A program made the translations under genes and the position numbers. A DNA stretch of 64,000 nt from Candidatus Faecicola pullistercoris (GTDB taxonomy: Bacteria > Bacillota > Clostridia > Christensenellales > CAG-917): positions 20,005 to 84,004 of the forward strand of contig DVNW01000023.1 in assembly GCA_018714105.1 (NCBI GenBank). The letters are read 5' to 3'. Below the pieces are notes generated by a model. The model searched no databases. It saw nothing but the letters and a program-made list of their open reading frames with translations, and had not been told where the DNA came from. Shown here piece by piece: positions 19,953 through 30,157 of this stretch; position 1 is the stretch's first letter; each line of letters opens with the position of its first letter.

Positions 19953-20680
19953 AGATTATGGCGGAAAAATAAAGACCGTCACTATGACACGCGGATAATA
20001 AGCGAAAACCGCGAAACAAGGAGAAAGGGACGCGGTTTATTGTGAAAGCGGGCGTAAAAAGTCTGAATCTGCTGTTTGCCCGGCTGTAAGCGTCACTGCA
20101 AAGATTGCTTCGCTTAAAACAAATATTGTGTCATTTGTAACAGAAATACAGTCAAATTGTCGCACGATTTGACACATAAACATAGACGCGTAAATACGTA
20201 GTCGGCTTTTTCCCTGCGATTTTCTTTATTAATATATAAATAATTATATAATATTTAAAACAATATTAATATGCATGCGCTATGGGGCAAGTTCTCCGAT
20301 TGCGGGTACGGACGGCGTCGGTCTGATTCGCAGCAGATAAGGCGGCACGATAATCAGCGTCAACGGAAACATAAAAAGCATACGCACAAAAGAATTATTA
20401 AAAGAGCGCTAACGTATTGCCGTTTGCGGGCTGGCAGTATACGGTGCCTTGCGACAAGCCCGAAAAACAGGCGCGGCGGCATACACGGGTAAGCGCTTGA
20501 AAAGGATTGCCTTTCCGTAAAGGCCGGAGAGTAAGTTTTAGCAACAGGACAGGGGAAGGACGGTAATCTTTTAAAATCCCGCGAAACACTATATTTTGCG
20601 GTCAAAAAATTTTTAACCACAATAATTTAATTTTTTAACCCCTTTTATTGAAATTTCCGTAAAAAAAGAGCCGAAATCGT

Positions 20681-20709
20681 TTGACAGATACCGTTTTATT
20701 TGGTATCCT
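20681..20709 (+). promoter_or_regulatory. Candidate S10-operon promoter
   Basis: TTGACA at 20681-20686, 17-nt spacer, TATCCT at 20704-20709. Confidence 0.45.
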
Positions 20710-20810
20710 TATGGGGCTGTTAATAAATTGGGATGATGCAGGAGGTTACTTGAAAGAGAAAATTTCTGCGGACAATTGTGCGATGTAATTCGCGCGACTA
20801 ACTCTTTATT

Positions 20811-20834
20811 AAGCGGTTTGCCCGCTTTTTATTT
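20811..20834 (+). terminator. Terminator-like hairpin inside the S10 leader (possible attenuator)
   Basis: AAGCGG-TTTGC-CCGCTT followed by TTTTATTT, about 87 nt upstream of the rpsJ ATG. Confidence 0.5.
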
Positions 20835-20920
20835 AGAAAACGGCACGACACACACGGTTAAGTGTAAAGCATGCGCACTTCAACGTGCACGAGTTAGGAA
20901 AATTTTTGGAGGACACAAGA

Positions 20921-21229
20921 ATGGCAGGACAAAAAATCAGAATCAAACTGAAAGCTTACGATCACATTTTAATCGACGTTTCCGCCGATAAAATAGTTGA
21001 AACCGTCAAGAGGACGGGCACCAAGGTGTCGGGTCCTATTCCCCTTCCCACCGAGAAGGAAATAGTTACCATTATCCGCTCGCCTCATAAAGACAAGGAC
21101 AGCAGGGAACAGTTTGAACTCAGGACGCACAAACGTTTAATAGACATATACAGCCCCACGGCGAAAACGGTTGACAGCCTTATGAAGCTCGACCTTCCCG
21201 CCGGCGTTGATATAAGCATTAAACTGTAA
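20921..21229 (+). CDS. rpsJ: 30S ribosomal protein S10
   Basis: [15 protein letters not shown]... The ATG at 20921 is preceded by GGAGG. Confidence 0.97.
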   Translation: MAGQKIRIKLKAYDHILIDVSADKIVETVKRTGTKVSGPIPLPTEKEIVTIIRSPHKDKDSREQFELRTHKRLIDIYSPTAKTVDSLMKLDLPAGVDISIKL

Positions 21230-21265
21230 TACATTTTCGCAATATTTTGGAGGTGAACTTTATCT

Positions 21266-21892
21266 ATGAATAAAGCAATCATTGGAAAGAAGCTCGGTAT
21301 GAGCCAGATATTTGCGGCCGACGGTAAGGTTATTCCCGTTACCGTAGTTGAGGCAGGTCCCTGCCCGGTTACGCAGATAAAGACTAAGGACAAGGACGGT
21401 TACGAGGCCGTTCAGGTAGCCTTCGGTATCGTTAAAGAGAGAAACGTAAACAAACCCCTTCAGGGCCAGTTCAAGAAGGCGGGCGTAGCTCCCAAACGTT
21501 ATCTTAAAGAACTCAAACTCAACATCGCGGATTATCAGCTCGGTCAGGAAATAAAATGCACCGTTTTCAGCGAAGGCGATCACGTTGACGTCGTAGGCAC
21601 CACCAAGGGCCGTGGTTTTACGGGCGTTATACAGCGCTGGAATCAGGCGAGAGGACCTATGGCTCACGGTTCGGGCTATCACAGAGGAGTCGGTTCGATG
21701 AGCGCCAACTCCGACCCGTCGAGAGTTTTCAAGAACAAGAAGATGCCCGGTCAGTACGGCGCGGAACAGGTTACCATTCAGAACCTTGTCGTCGCCAGGG
21801 TAGACGAAGCCAGAAATCTGCTGCTTATCAAGGGCGGTATACCCGGCCCCCGCGGCGGAATGGTTATCATCAAGGAATCCATCAAGGGCTAA
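21266..21892 (+). CDS. rplC: 50S ribosomal protein L3
   Basis: [10 protein letters not shown]...VTQIKT and [12 protein letters not shown] motifs. S10-operon order. Confidence 0.97.
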   Translation: MNKAIIGKKLGMSQIFAADGKVIPVTVVEAGPCPVTQIKTKDKDGYEAVQVAFGIVKERNVNKPLQGQFKKAGVAPKRYLKELKLNIADYQLGQEIKCTVFSEGDHVDVVGTTKGRGFTGVIQRWNQARGPMAHGSGYHRGVGSMSANSDPSRVFKNKKMPGQYGAEQVTIQNLVVARVDEARNLLLIKGGIPGPRGGMVIIKESIKG

Positions 21893-21912
21893 TCTGAGGA
21901 GGAAACGAGACT

Positions 21913-22533
21913 ATGGAATTACAAGTTTTAAATACGGCCGGCAAGAAAGTCGGGACAATCCAACTCAACGATCTGGTATTCAACACCGAATATAACGAAG
22001 CTCTTATTCATCAGGTTGTAGTAGCGCAGCTTGCCAATAAGAGACAGGGCACGAAGTCCACTCTTACGAGAACCGAAGTCCGCGGCGGCGGTATCAAACC
22101 TTACAGACAGAAAGGTACCGGTCGCGCCCGTCAGGGTTCTATCAGAGCTCCCCAGTACGTAAAGGGCGGCGTGGTATTCGCACCCAAGCCCCGCGATTTT
22201 TCGCAGAAAATCAACAAGTTCGCAAAACGTCAGGCATTGCTTTCCGCCGTTTCGCAGAAAATCAGGCAGGACGAAGTTATCATTCTTGACGATATTAAAT
22301 TAAAAGAGGCTAAAACCAAGGAAGTAGCGACCATCCTCAAAAACCTCAAACTCGACAAATCCGCTCTGTTCGTGGTTGCCGAGGACGACAAGGACCTTCT
22401 GAGAGCGGCAAGCAACATTCCCCAGGTAGAGGTTATCAATGCCGACCTGCTTAACGTTTACGACGTTGTCAAGGTTGCCAAATGCGTTGTTACCAAGGCC
22501 GCAGCCGAGAAAATAGAGGAGGCTAACGTATAA
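21913..22533 (+). CDS. rplD: 50S ribosomal protein L4
   Basis: [33 protein letters not shown] motif. Confidence 0.97.
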   Translation: MELQVLNTAGKKVGTIQLNDLVFNTEYNEALIHQVVVAQLANKRQGTKSTLTRTEVRGGGIKPYRQKGTGRARQGSIRAPQYVKGGVVFAPKPRDFSQKINKFAKRQALLSAVSQKIRQDEVIILDDIKLKEAKTKEVATILKNLKLDKSALFVVAEDDKDLLRAASNIPQVEVINADLLNVYDVVKVAKCVVTKAAAEKIEEANV

Positions 22534-22823
22534 TGACTGCTTACGATATTATCATAAGACCCGTGCTTTCCGAAAAAAGTTACGACGGCATACAGTCCAA
22601 GAAGTACACCTTCGTTGTGGACAAAAACGCCAACAAAACTCAGATTAAAATGGCCGTCGAGGAAATCTTCAAGGTTAAAGTAGCAAAAGTCAACACCGCT
22701 AACGTAGAAGGCAAAATAAAGAGAATGGGCAGAAACCAGGGAAAAACCCCTTCTTACAAAAAGGCCGTCGTTCAACTGACTGCGGACAGCAAAGCAATCG
22801 AATTCTTCGAGAGCCTGGCTTAA
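22533..22823 (+). CDS. rplW: 50S ribosomal protein L23
   Basis: [12 protein letters not shown]...[15 protein letters not shown]. Confidence 0.96.
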   Translation: MTAYDIIIRPVLSEKSYDGIQSKKYTFVVDKNANKTQIKMAVEEIFKVKVAKVNTANVEGKIKRMGRNQGKTPSYKKAVVQLTADSKAIEFFESLA

Positions 22824-22838
22824 TAGGAGGAAAGGAAA

Positions 22839-23672
22839 ATGGCTGAAAACATTAAGAAATACAAACCTACTTCTCCCGCACGCCGTTTTATGTCGGTATC
22901 CGCTTTCAACGAGCTGACCGGCGACAAGCCCGAAAGGAGCCTGTTAAAATCCATTAACAAGACGGGCGGCAGAAACGCTACCGGCAGAATTACCGTAAGG
23001 CACATCGGCGGCGGCAACAGGGTTAAATACAGAATAATCGATTTCAAGAGAAACAAGGAAAACATCCCCGCCAAGGTTGCAAGCATTCAGTACGATCCCA
23101 ACCGCACGGCGAACATCGCGCTGCTTGTTTACGCGGACGGCGAAAAGAGATATATCCTCGCGCCTCTGGGGCTTAACGTGGGCGACACCGTAGTAAGCGG
23201 TAAGGACGCCGACATCAAAGTGGGCAACTGCCTGCCTTTGGAAAACATCCCCGTAGGTACGATGGTTCACAACATCGAGTTGCAACCCGGAAGGGGCGGC
23301 CAGATTGCGAGAGCTGCCGGCAACGCCGCACAGCTTATGGCAAAAGAAGGCAGATATGCCACGCTCAGGATGCCCAGCGGCGAAATGAGATACGTACTTG
23401 CCAGATGCAAAGCCACAATCGGTCAGGTAGGCAACCTCGATAACGCAAACGTTTCTTTGGGTAAAGCGGGCAGAAAACGTCACATGAACGTAAGACCTAC
23501 CGTTCGCGGCGTTGTAATGAACCCCTGCGACCATCCTCACGGCGGCGGCGAAGGCAAGTCTCCTATCGGTATGCCTTCACCCGTTACTCCCTGGGGCAAA
23601 CCCGCTCTCGGTTACAAGACCAGAAAGAAAAAGAACAAATCAAGCAAATTTATTATCAAGCGCGTGAACTAA
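22839..23672 (+). CDS. rplB: 50S ribosomal protein L2
   Basis: [16 protein letters not shown] and [14 protein letters not shown] motifs. Confidence 0.98.
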   Translation: MAENIKKYKPTSPARRFMSVSAFNELTGDKPERSLLKSINKTGGRNATGRITVRHIGGGNRVKYRIIDFKRNKENIPAKVASIQYDPNRTANIALLVYADGEKRYILAPLGLNVGDTVVSGKDADIKVGNCLPLENIPVGTMVHNIELQPGRGGQIARAAGNAAQLMAKEGRYATLRMPSGEMRYVLARCKATIGQVGNLDNANVSLGKAGRKRHMNVRPTVRGVVMNPCDHPHGGGEGKSPIGMPSPVTPWGKPALGYKTRKKKNKSSKFIIKRVN

Positions 23673-23684
23673 CGGAGGCACAGT

Positions 23685-23960
23685 ATGAGTAGAAGTGTTA
23701 AAAAAGGACCTTTCGTCGAAGAAAGGCTGATTAAAAGAGTTATTGCTATGAACGAGAGCGGCGACAAAAAGCCCCTCAAAACCTGGTCGCGCGCATCCAC
23801 GATTTTCCCCGAGATGGTAGGACACACCATCGCCGTTCACAACGGTAAAGTACACGTTCCCGTTTACATTACCGAGGACATGGTTGGTTGCAAGCTCGGA
23901 GAGTTCGCTCCCACTCGCACTTTCAGAGGCCACGCCGGCGAGAAGAGCAGCGGTAAATAG
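23685..23960 (+). CDS. rpsS: 30S ribosomal protein S19
   Basis: [10 protein letters not shown]...[10 protein letters not shown]...[12 protein letters not shown]. Confidence 0.98.
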   Translation: MSRSVKKGPFVEERLIKRVIAMNESGDKKPLKTWSRASTIFPEMVGHTIAVHNGKVHVPVYITEDMVGCKLGEFAPTRTFRGHAGEKSSGK

Positions 23961-23971
23961 GAGGTTATCAA

Positions 23972-24358
23972 ATGGCTACTAGAAGTAAACAAAAATCGTT
24001 GGCTCGCAAAGAGAACGCCGACAAGCGTCCCAAAGCTATCGCCAAATATATCAGAATTTCTCCTTACAAGGTAAGAGTTGTCCTGGACATCATCAGAGGT
24101 AAAGGGTACAACGAAGCCGTAGCTATCCTTGAGAATACTCCCAAGGCGGCAAGCGAAGTCGTGGTTAAGGTTCTTAATTCGGCTGCCGCTAACGCGGAAA
24201 ACAACCTTAATATGAGCAAGAGCGATCTGTACGTTGCGGAAGCTTTCGCGGATCAGGGCCCCATTCTTAAAAGAATCAACCCCGTATCCAAGGGCAGAGC
24301 TCACAGAATCGACAAGCGCACAAGCCATATAACGGTTATCCTTGACACGGTGAAATAG
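23972..24358 (+). CDS. rplV: 50S ribosomal protein L22
   Basis: [17 protein letters not shown]...[21 protein letters not shown]. Confidence 0.97.
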   Translation: MATRSKQKSLARKENADKRPKAIAKYIRISPYKVRVVLDIIRGKGYNEAVAILENTPKAASEVVVKVLNSAAANAENNLNMSKSDLYVAEAFADQGPILKRINPVSKGRAHRIDKRTSHITVILDTVK

Positions 24359-24369
24359 GAGGTAAGAAA

Positions 24370-25032
24370 ATGGGACAGAAAGTTAATCCGCACGGTTTAA
24401 GAGTAGGCATCATCAAAGGCTGGGACACCCAGTGGTATGCCAACAAGAAAGATTTTTCCGCAAACCTTATCGAAGACTATAACATCCGTAAGTTCCTGAA
24501 GGAAAAATACTATGCCTCCGCCATTTCGAGAATAACCATTGACAGAGCCGCAAACAAGGTTATCGTCAATATATTCACTTCGAGACCCGCCGTTCTTATC
24601 GGCAAGGCAGGAGCAGGCGTGGAAACCATGAAGAACGAAGTTCAGAAGTTCTGCAAGGACAGAGCGGTAAGCATCAACGTCATGGAAATCAAACGCCCCG
24701 ACGTAGACGCTCAGCTGGTTGCCGAGAACATCGCCGCCCAGCTTGAAAAGAGAGCTTCTTTCAGAAGGTCCATGAAACAGGCTATGTCCCGTTCCATGAA
24801 GGCCGGCGCCAAGGGTATCAAGACCATGGTAAGCGGTCGTCTGGACGGCGCGGAAATAGCCAGAAGCGAAAGCTATCACGAGGGTTCCATTCCTCTTCAG
24901 ACGCTCAGAGCCGATATAGATTACGGTTTTGCTGAGGCGCACACCACCTTTGGAGTTATCGGCGTCAAGTGCTGGATATACAAGGGCGAGGTGCTCGGTG
25001 GAAAAACTCCCAGAGAAGGAGGTAACGCATAA
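24370..25032 (+). CDS. rpsC: 30S ribosomal protein S3
   Basis: [14 protein letters not shown]... KH domain and [12 protein letters not shown]. Confidence 0.98.
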   Translation: MGQKVNPHGLRVGIIKGWDTQWYANKKDFSANLIEDYNIRKFLKEKYYASAISRITIDRAANKVIVNIFTSRPAVLIGKAGAGVETMKNEVQKFCKDRAVSINVMEIKRPDVDAQLVAENIAAQLEKRASFRRSMKQAMSRSMKAGAKGIKTMVSGRLDGAEIARSESYHEGSIPLQTLRADIDYGFAEAHTTFGVIGVKCWIYKGEVLGGKTPREGGNA

Positions 25033-25463
25033 TGTTAATGCCTAAAAGAGTTAAAAGAAGGCGTGTCTTCCGCGGAAGAATGAAAGGCAACGCCAACAAA
25101 GGTAATACCATAGCTTACGGCGAATACGGCCTTATGGCGCTCGAACCCGCTTGGATTACCTCCAATCAGATAGAAGCTGCCCGTGTAGCGATGACTCGTT
25201 ACATCAAGAGAGGCGGTCAGGTTTGGGTGGACATATTCCCCCACAAGCCCGTAACCAAAAAGCCCGCCGAAACCCGTATGGGTAGCGGTAAAGGTTCTCC
25301 CGAATACTGGGTTGCGGTCGTTAAACCCCAGCGCATCCTGTTTGAAATGAGCGGCGTTTCGGAAGAAGTCGCCCGCGAAGCTCTCAGACTGGCTGCCAAC
25401 AAACTGCCCATCAAGTGCAAGTTTGTCAAGAAGGAAACGGATAAAGAAGGCGGTGAACAATAA
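25032..25463 (+). CDS. rplP: 50S ribosomal protein L16
   Basis: [18 protein letters not shown]...[20 protein letters not shown]. Confidence 0.98.
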   Translation: MLMPKRVKRRRVFRGRMKGNANKGNTIAYGEYGLMALEPAWITSNQIEAARVAMTRYIKRGGQVWVDIFPHKPVTKKPAETRMGSGKGSPEYWVAVVKPQRILFEMSGVSEEVAREALRLAANKLPIKCKFVKKETDKEGGEQ

Positions 25464-25708
25464 TGAAAGCAAAACAACTTTTTGAACTTACAAACGAAGA
25501 ACTCGAAGCCAAGTTAAAAGACCTTAAATCAGAATTGTTCAATCTGCGCTTCAAACACGCTACCAATCAGCTGACCAATCCCATGGTTCTCGTAAACTGC
25601 AAAAAGGATATCGCGAGAGTCAACACCATTTTGCGTCAGAGGGAACTCAACATTTCTGTCGAGCCCGTAAAGGCTAAATCGGCCGGCAGGGCTAAAAAGG
25701 CGAAGTAG
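25463..25708 (+). CDS. rpmC: 50S ribosomal protein L29 (with basic C-terminal extension)
   Basis: [29 protein letters not shown], then about 15 extra K/A-rich residues. Confidence 0.95.
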   Translation: MKAKQLFELTNEELEAKLKDLKSELFNLRFKHATNQLTNPMVLVNCKKDIARVNTILRQRELNISVEPVKAKSAGRAKKAK

Positions 25709-25722
25709 GCCGGAGGTTTAAT

Positions 25723-25980
25723 ATGGAAAACAGAAATCTTAGAAAAAGCCGCGTCGGCATAGTCGTTTCGGACAAAATGGACAAGACCATCGTCGTCGCG
25801 ATAGAACAGAGGGTTAAACATCCCCTTTACAAAAAAATCATCAAAAGAACCAAAAAACTCAAAGCTCACGACGAGCTTAACGAGTGCGGTATCGGCGATA
25901 AAGTTCTGGTTATAGAGACTCGTCCTTTAAGCAAGGACAAGTGCTGGAGACTGGAAAAAATAATCGAGAAAGCCAAATAG
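25723..25980 (+). CDS. rpsQ: 30S ribosomal protein S17
   Basis: [27 protein letters not shown]... Confidence 0.97.
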   Translation: MENRNLRKSRVGIVVSDKMDKTIVVAIEQRVKHPLYKKIIKRTKKLKAHDELNECGIGDKVLVIETRPLSKDKCWRLEKIIEKAK

Positions 25981-25993
25981 GAGGTCGGGACTT

Positions 25994-26362
25994 ATGATTC
26001 AACCACAAACCATTTTAAAAGCAGCCGACAACACCGGCGCGAAAGAAATCATGTGTATCAGAGTTCTGGGCGGTTCTTTCAGAAAAAGCGGCAACATCGG
26101 CGACGTTATAGTTGCTTCCGTCAAGACGGCCACTCCCGGCGGCGTAGTTAAAAAAGGCGACGTCGTAAAGGCGGTTATCGTCAGGACGCACAAAGGTATC
26201 AGAAGAGCGGACGGTTCGCACATCAAGTTCGACGATAACGCGGCCGTTATAATCGATAATCAGAAGCAACCCAGAGGCACCCGTATCTTCGGGCCCATCG
26301 CAAGAGAACTGAGAGACAAAGACTACATGAAGATTATCTCTCTTGCTCCCGAAGTTCTGTAA
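25994..26362 (+). CDS. rplN: 50S ribosomal protein L14
   Basis: [27 protein letters not shown]... Confidence 0.98.
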   Translation: MIQPQTILKAADNTGAKEIMCIRVLGGSFRKSGNIGDVIVASVKTATPGGVVKKGDVVKAVIVRTHKGIRRADGSHIKFDDNAAVIIDNQKQPRGTRIFGPIARELRDKDYMKIISLAPEVL

Positions 26363-26375
26363 GGAGGAGGCATCA

Positions 26376-26789
26376 ATGGCTAAAATGAATGTTAAAAAAG
26401 GCGATAACGTAATGGTTATCACCGGTAAAGATAAGGGCAAGGCCGGCGAAGTTATGAAAGTTGACCCCGAAAGCGGAAGAATTATCGTAAGCGGCGTCAA
26501 CGTAATTTCCAAGCACGTCAAACCCAGAAGCGCTCAGCAGAAGGGCGGCATCGTTAAAAGAGAAGGCACCATCGACGTTTCCAACGTCATGATTATCTGC
26601 CCCTCCTGCAACGAAGTAGTAAGAGTAGGCCACGCTTTCGAAGGCGAGGGCGACCAGCAAAAGAAAATCCGCGTATGCAAAAAGTGCGGAGCTTCTCTCG
26701 AGGCAGCCAAGAAGGTTACGGCCAAGAAAGCCGCTAAGGGCGTTGCCAAGAAGAAGGCTACCAAGTCCACCAAGAAGGACGCTGAATAA
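26376..26789 (+). CDS. rplX: 50S ribosomal protein L24 (Cys4-containing, K-rich tail)
   Basis: KKGDNVMVITGKDKGKAGEVMKV KOW motif. The ATG at 26376 follows AGGAGGAGG. Carries CPSC...CKKC and a lysine-rich C-terminal extension. Confidence 0.95.
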   Translation: MAKMNVKKGDNVMVITGKDKGKAGEVMKVDPESGRIIVSGVNVISKHVKPRSAQQKGGIVKREGTIDVSNVMIICPSCNEVVRVGHAFEGEGDQQKKIRVCKKCGASLEAAKKVTAKKAAKGVAKKKATKSTKKDAE

Positions 26790-26801
26790 TCGGAGGTATT
26801 T

Positions 26802-27398
26802 ATGGCAGTAAAGAAAAATCAGGTTGCAAAAGAAGCTGCAACCGATGTAAAAGCGGACAGATACAGATTAAGAACCCGTTATAAGAACGAGGTCGTGCCC
26901 GCTCTGCAAAAGAAATTCAACTACGAAAACGTCAATCAGGTTCCCAAACTCGTAAAAATCGTGCTTAACATGGGACTCGGCGACGTTAAGGACAACAGCA
27001 AGAGCCTCAAACTCGCGGTTGACGAACTTCAGGCTATCGCGGGACAGAAACCCGTTATAACCAAGGCCAAGAAGAGCGTTGCCAACTTCAAGGTAAGACA
27101 GGGTATGGACGTAGGCGCGAAGGTTACGCTCCGCGGCGAAAGAATGTACGACTTCATGGACAAGTTCGTTTCCATCGCACTTCCCCGCGTCCGCGACTTC
27201 AAAGGCGTTTCCGCCAAGTCTTTCGACGGCAGAGGCAACTACGCCATGGGCGTTAAAGAACAACTTATCTTCCCCGAAATTTCTTACGACCAGGTTGAAA
27301 AGGTCAGAGGTTTCGACGTTTGTTTCGTAACCACCGCCAACACCGACGAGGAAGCGAGAGAACTTTTAAGGCTTATGGGCATGCCCTTTGCCAAATAG
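26802..27398 (+). CDS. rplE: 50S ribosomal protein L5 (about 19-aa N-terminal extension)
   Basis: [32 protein letters not shown]... Confidence 0.95.
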   Translation: MAVKKNQVAKEAATDVKADRYRLRTRYKNEVVPALQKKFNYENVNQVPKLVKIVLNMGLGDVKDNSKSLKLAVDELQAIAGQKPVITKAKKSVANFKVRQGMDVGAKVTLRGERMYDFMDKFVSIALPRVRDFKGVSAKSFDGRGNYAMGVKEQLIFPEISYDQVEKVRGFDVCFVTTANTDEEARELLRLMGMPFAK

Positions 27399-27409
27399 GA
27401 GGAAACAAT

Positions 27410-27595
27410 ATGGCTAAGAAAGCAATGATAAATAAACAACAAAGACCGGCGAAGTACTCCACCAGGGCTTACACCCGTTGTAAAATCTGTGGCAGACCTC
27501 ACGCTGTTTTGAGAAAATACGGCATTTGCAGAATTTGCTTCCGCGAACTGGCTTACAAAGGTCAGATTCCCGGAGTGAAGAAGGCAAGCTGGTAA
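27410..27595 (+). CDS. rpsN: 30S ribosomal protein S14, type Z (zinc-binding)
   Basis: 61 aa. [26 protein letters not shown] at 27410 after AGGAGG. Confidence 0.97.
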   Translation: MAKKAMINKQQRPAKYSTRAYTRCKICGRPHAVLRKYGICRICFRELAYKGQIPGVKKASW

Positions 27596-27610
27596 AAGGA
27601 GGACGCAAAT

Positions 27611-28045
27611 ATGGCTATGACTACCGATCCTATCGCCGATATGCTCACCCGTATCCGCAACGCTCTCGTGGCTAAGCACGAAGAAGTTGAAATTCCGGAA
27701 TCCAAAATGAAGGTGGCTATCGCCAAAATCCTCGCAGACGAGGGTTATATACAAAGTTTTGAAGTTGTTCCCAGTCCCTTACAGCCTGCCGGCGAAGAGG
27801 CCAAGAAAGAACTTCAGGGCAGCATCAAAATCAAGCTCAAATATGCCGGTAAGAACTCTTCCGTTATAACCGGTCTTAAGAGAATAAGCAAACCCGGTCT
27901 CAGGGTTTACGCCAATACGGACAACATTCCTTCCGTTCTCAACGGCATGGGAATAGCTATACTTTCCACGTCCAAGGGCGTTCTGACGGATAAGCAGGCC
28001 AAAGCTGCCAACGTGGGCGGCGAAGTGCTGGCTTATATCTGGTAG
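27611..28045 (+). CDS. rpsH: 30S ribosomal protein S8
   Basis: [14 protein letters not shown]...GGEVLAYIW. Carries an internal insertion of about 12 aa. Confidence 0.97.
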   Translation: MAMTTDPIADMLTRIRNALVAKHEEVEIPESKMKVAIAKILADEGYIQSFEVVPSPLQPAGEEAKKELQGSIKIKLKYAGKNSSVITGLKRISKPGLRVYANTDNIPSVLNGMGIAILSTSKGVLTDKQAKAANVGGEVLAYIW

Positions 28046-28055
28046 GAGGTGCGCT

Positions 28056-28595
28056 ATGTCAAGAATAGGAAGACTTCCCGTTAAAATTCCCGCAGGAGTA
28101 ACCGTTTCTTTCGCGGACGATACTCTTACCGTCAAAGGCGCGCTCGGCACGCTCACTCAGAAAGTGGACTCCAAAATCTCCGTTGAGGTAAAAGGCGACG
28201 AAGTGCTGTTCACCAGAGCTTCCGACAGCAAGCCCGTAAAGGCTTTGCACGGACTGTACCGCGCCATCTGCCAGAACATGGTAAACGGCGTTTCCAAGGG
28301 ATTTACCAAAACCTTGGTTATCGCGGGCGTAGGTTACAAGGCTCAGAAGCAGGGTAACAAACTCGTTCTCGGTTTAGGTTTCAGCCATCCCGTTGAGGTT
28401 ACCGAGCCCGCAGGCATCACTTTCGAGGTTACTTCTCCCACCGAAGTAGTGGTTAAAGGCGCCGACAAAGTTGCCGTAGGTCAGTGCGCAGCAAGCATCA
28501 AAGCTATCAAGAAGGTCGAGCCCTATCACGGTTACGGCATCCACTACAAAGACGAAGTCGTAATCCGCAAGGAAGGCAAGACTGCCGGTAAATAA
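28056..28595 (+). CDS. rplF: 50S ribosomal protein L6
   Basis: [15 protein letters not shown]...[14 protein letters not shown]. Confidence 0.97.
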   Translation: MSRIGRLPVKIPAGVTVSFADDTLTVKGALGTLTQKVDSKISVEVKGDEVLFTRASDSKPVKALHGLYRAICQNMVNGVSKGFTKTLVIAGVGYKAQKQGNKLVLGLGFSHPVEVTEPAGITFEVTSPTEVVVKGADKVAVGQCAASIKAIKKVEPYHGYGIHYKDEVVIRKEGKTAGK

Positions 28596-28611
28596 AGGAG
28601 GGCGTTAAGGT

Positions 28612-28980
28612 ATGATTAATAAGAAAGATAAGAATGCCGACAGAGTCGCTAGGCATCAGAGAGTAAGGAAAAAGGTGTCCGGCACTGCCAGCAAGCCCCG
28701 TTTCGACGTTTACAGAAGCAATCAGCACATTTACGTGCAGGTTATCGACGACGAAGCCGGCAGGACGCTTGTTGCCGCAAGCACGGTAGAAAAGGACATT
28801 ATTGCCAAAATCAGCGGAAAATCCAAGAGTGAGGCTGCCGAAATAGTAGGCGAAGCCGCCGCTAAAAAGGCTTTGGCCGCGGGTATTACCGAAGTGGTTT
28901 TCGACCGTGGCGGTTACATCTATACCGGACGCGTTGCCAAGGTTGCAGACGGCGCCAGAAAAGCCGGTCTCAAATTCTAG
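28612..28980 (+). CDS. rplR: 50S ribosomal protein L18
   Basis: [31 protein letters not shown]...[12 protein letters not shown]. Confidence 0.97.
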   Translation: MINKKDKNADRVARHQRVRKKVSGTASKPRFDVYRSNQHIYVQVIDDEAGRTLVAASTVEKDIIAKISGKSKSEAAEIVGEAAAKKALAAGITEVVFDRGGYIYTGRVAKVADGARKAGLKF

Positions 28981-28990
28981 GAGGTGCAGT

Positions 28991-29512
28991 ATGGCAAGAA
29001 GAGACGATAAATTCGCTAAAGAAAGAGAAAATAACGAACCCGAACTTATCAAAAAGCTGGTATGCGTAAACCGCGTTACCAAGGTTGTTAAGGGCGGACG
29101 CAACATGCGCTTTGCAGCACTCGTTGTCGTAGGCGACGGTGCGGGCAGCGTAGGCGTAGGCACCGGCAAGGCGGCCGAAGTTCCCGAGGCTATCGAAAAG
29201 GCCACTCAGGCGGCCAAAAGAGTTATGGCAAAAGTTTCCCTGGAAGGAACGACCATACCTCACAGAGTAACCGGCGTATTCGGAAGAGGTCAGGTTCTGC
29301 TGATGCCCGCCGAAGAAGGTACCGGCGTTATCGCCGGCGGTCCCGTACGTGCCGTACTCGAAGCCGTTGGCGTTAAGGATATAAGGACTAAATCTTTGGG
29401 TTCGCAAACTCCCGTAAACTGCGTTCGCGCTACCGTTAACGGGTTAAAACAGCTTCGTACAATCGACGAAATAGCCGCGCTCAGGGGCAAGTCGGTTGAC
29501 GAAATCAGATAG
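28991..29512 (+). CDS. rpsE: 30S ribosomal protein S5
   Basis: [30 protein letters not shown] at 28991 after GGAGGTG. Confidence 0.97.
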   Translation: MARRDDKFAKERENNEPELIKKLVCVNRVTKVVKGGRNMRFAALVVVGDGAGSVGVGTGKAAEVPEAIEKATQAAKRVMAKVSLEGTTIPHRVTGVFGRGQVLLMPAEEGTGVIAGGPVRAVLEAVGVKDIRTKSLGSQTPVNCVRATVNGLKQLRTIDEIAALRGKSVDEIR

Positions 29513-29524
29513 GAGGGCCCGACA

Positions 29525-29710
29525 ATGTTGAAAATTACTTTGGTTAAAAGCACCGTTGGCCGTCTCGAAAAGCAGAAGGCTACCGTCGAAGCTCTCGGTT
29601 TAAAGAAAATCGGTCAGTCCAAACTCCATAAGGACACCCCTGTTACCAGAGGTATGATTAAGGTTGTTTCTCACCTGGTCAAGGTTGAGGAAGTCAGCGA
29701 GGAGGCTTAA
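29525..29710 (+). CDS. rpmD: 50S ribosomal protein L30
   Basis: [27 protein letters not shown]. Confidence 0.96.
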   Translation: MLKITLVKSTVGRLEKQKATVEALGLKKIGQSKLHKDTPVTRGMIKVVSHLVKVEEVSEEA

Positions 29711-29711
29711 T

Positions 29712-30155
29712 ATGAAATTACACAATATGCAACCCGCCGAAGGCAGCAACACTTCTCCCAAGAGATTAGGCAGAGGTATCGGCTCCGGTCTGGGCAAAAC
29801 AAGCGGTAAAGGTCATAAAGGTCAATGGGCCAGAAGCGGCGGCGGCGTACGTCCCGGCTTCGAAGGCGGACAGATGCCCCTTACCAGAAGACTTCCCAAG
29901 AAAGGTTTCACCAATATGTTCAAGAAGGAGTACTCCACCGTTAACGTAGGCGCTTTGAACGATTTCGAAGACGGCACCGTTATCGATCTGGATATGCTCT
30001 ACGAAACCAGAGTTATAGGTAAGAGATTACCTTACGGCTTGAAGGTTCTCGGCGACGGCGAGCTTACCAAGCAGCTGACCGTCAAGGCCAACAAGTTTAC
30101 TCCGTCCGCTATCGAAAAAATCGAAAAGGCAGGCGGCAAAGCAGAGGTATTGTAA
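29712..30155 (+). CDS. rplO: 50S ribosomal protein L15
   Basis: [12 protein letters not shown]...[24 protein letters not shown] at 29712. Confidence 0.97.
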   Translation: MKLHNMQPAEGSNTSPKRLGRGIGSGLGKTSGKGHKGQWARSGGGVRPGFEGGQMPLTRRLPKKGFTNMFKKEYSTVNVGALNDFEDGTVIDLDMLYETRVIGKRLPYGLKVLGDGELTKQLTVKANKFTPSAIEKIEKAGGKAEVL

Positions 30156-30157
30156 TA

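Noticed and set aside
20271-20620. Small basic ORFs (73, 86 and 63 aa) in the long intergenic region. I also compared this stretch by eye with RNase P, tmRNA, SRP, 6S and cobalamin-riboswitch cores.
   Set aside because: The ORFs are R/K-rich junk with no SD. I could not find the conserved cores: GAGGAAAGUCC for RNase P, a tRNA-like 3' end for tmRNA, the SRP domain IV loop, or the GGGAA..GGUG.AA.UCC..CCCGC.ACUG spacing for B12. The region therefore stays unassigned rather than being given a name.
20725-20790. Candidate leader peptides in the S10 leader: MMQEVT, or a TTG-initiated MKEKISADNCAM after CAGGAGG.
   Set aside because: The SD-to-start spacing is poor (4 nt) for the TTG, the peptides are tiny, and neither is enriched in any informative residue. 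There is no support beyond chance.
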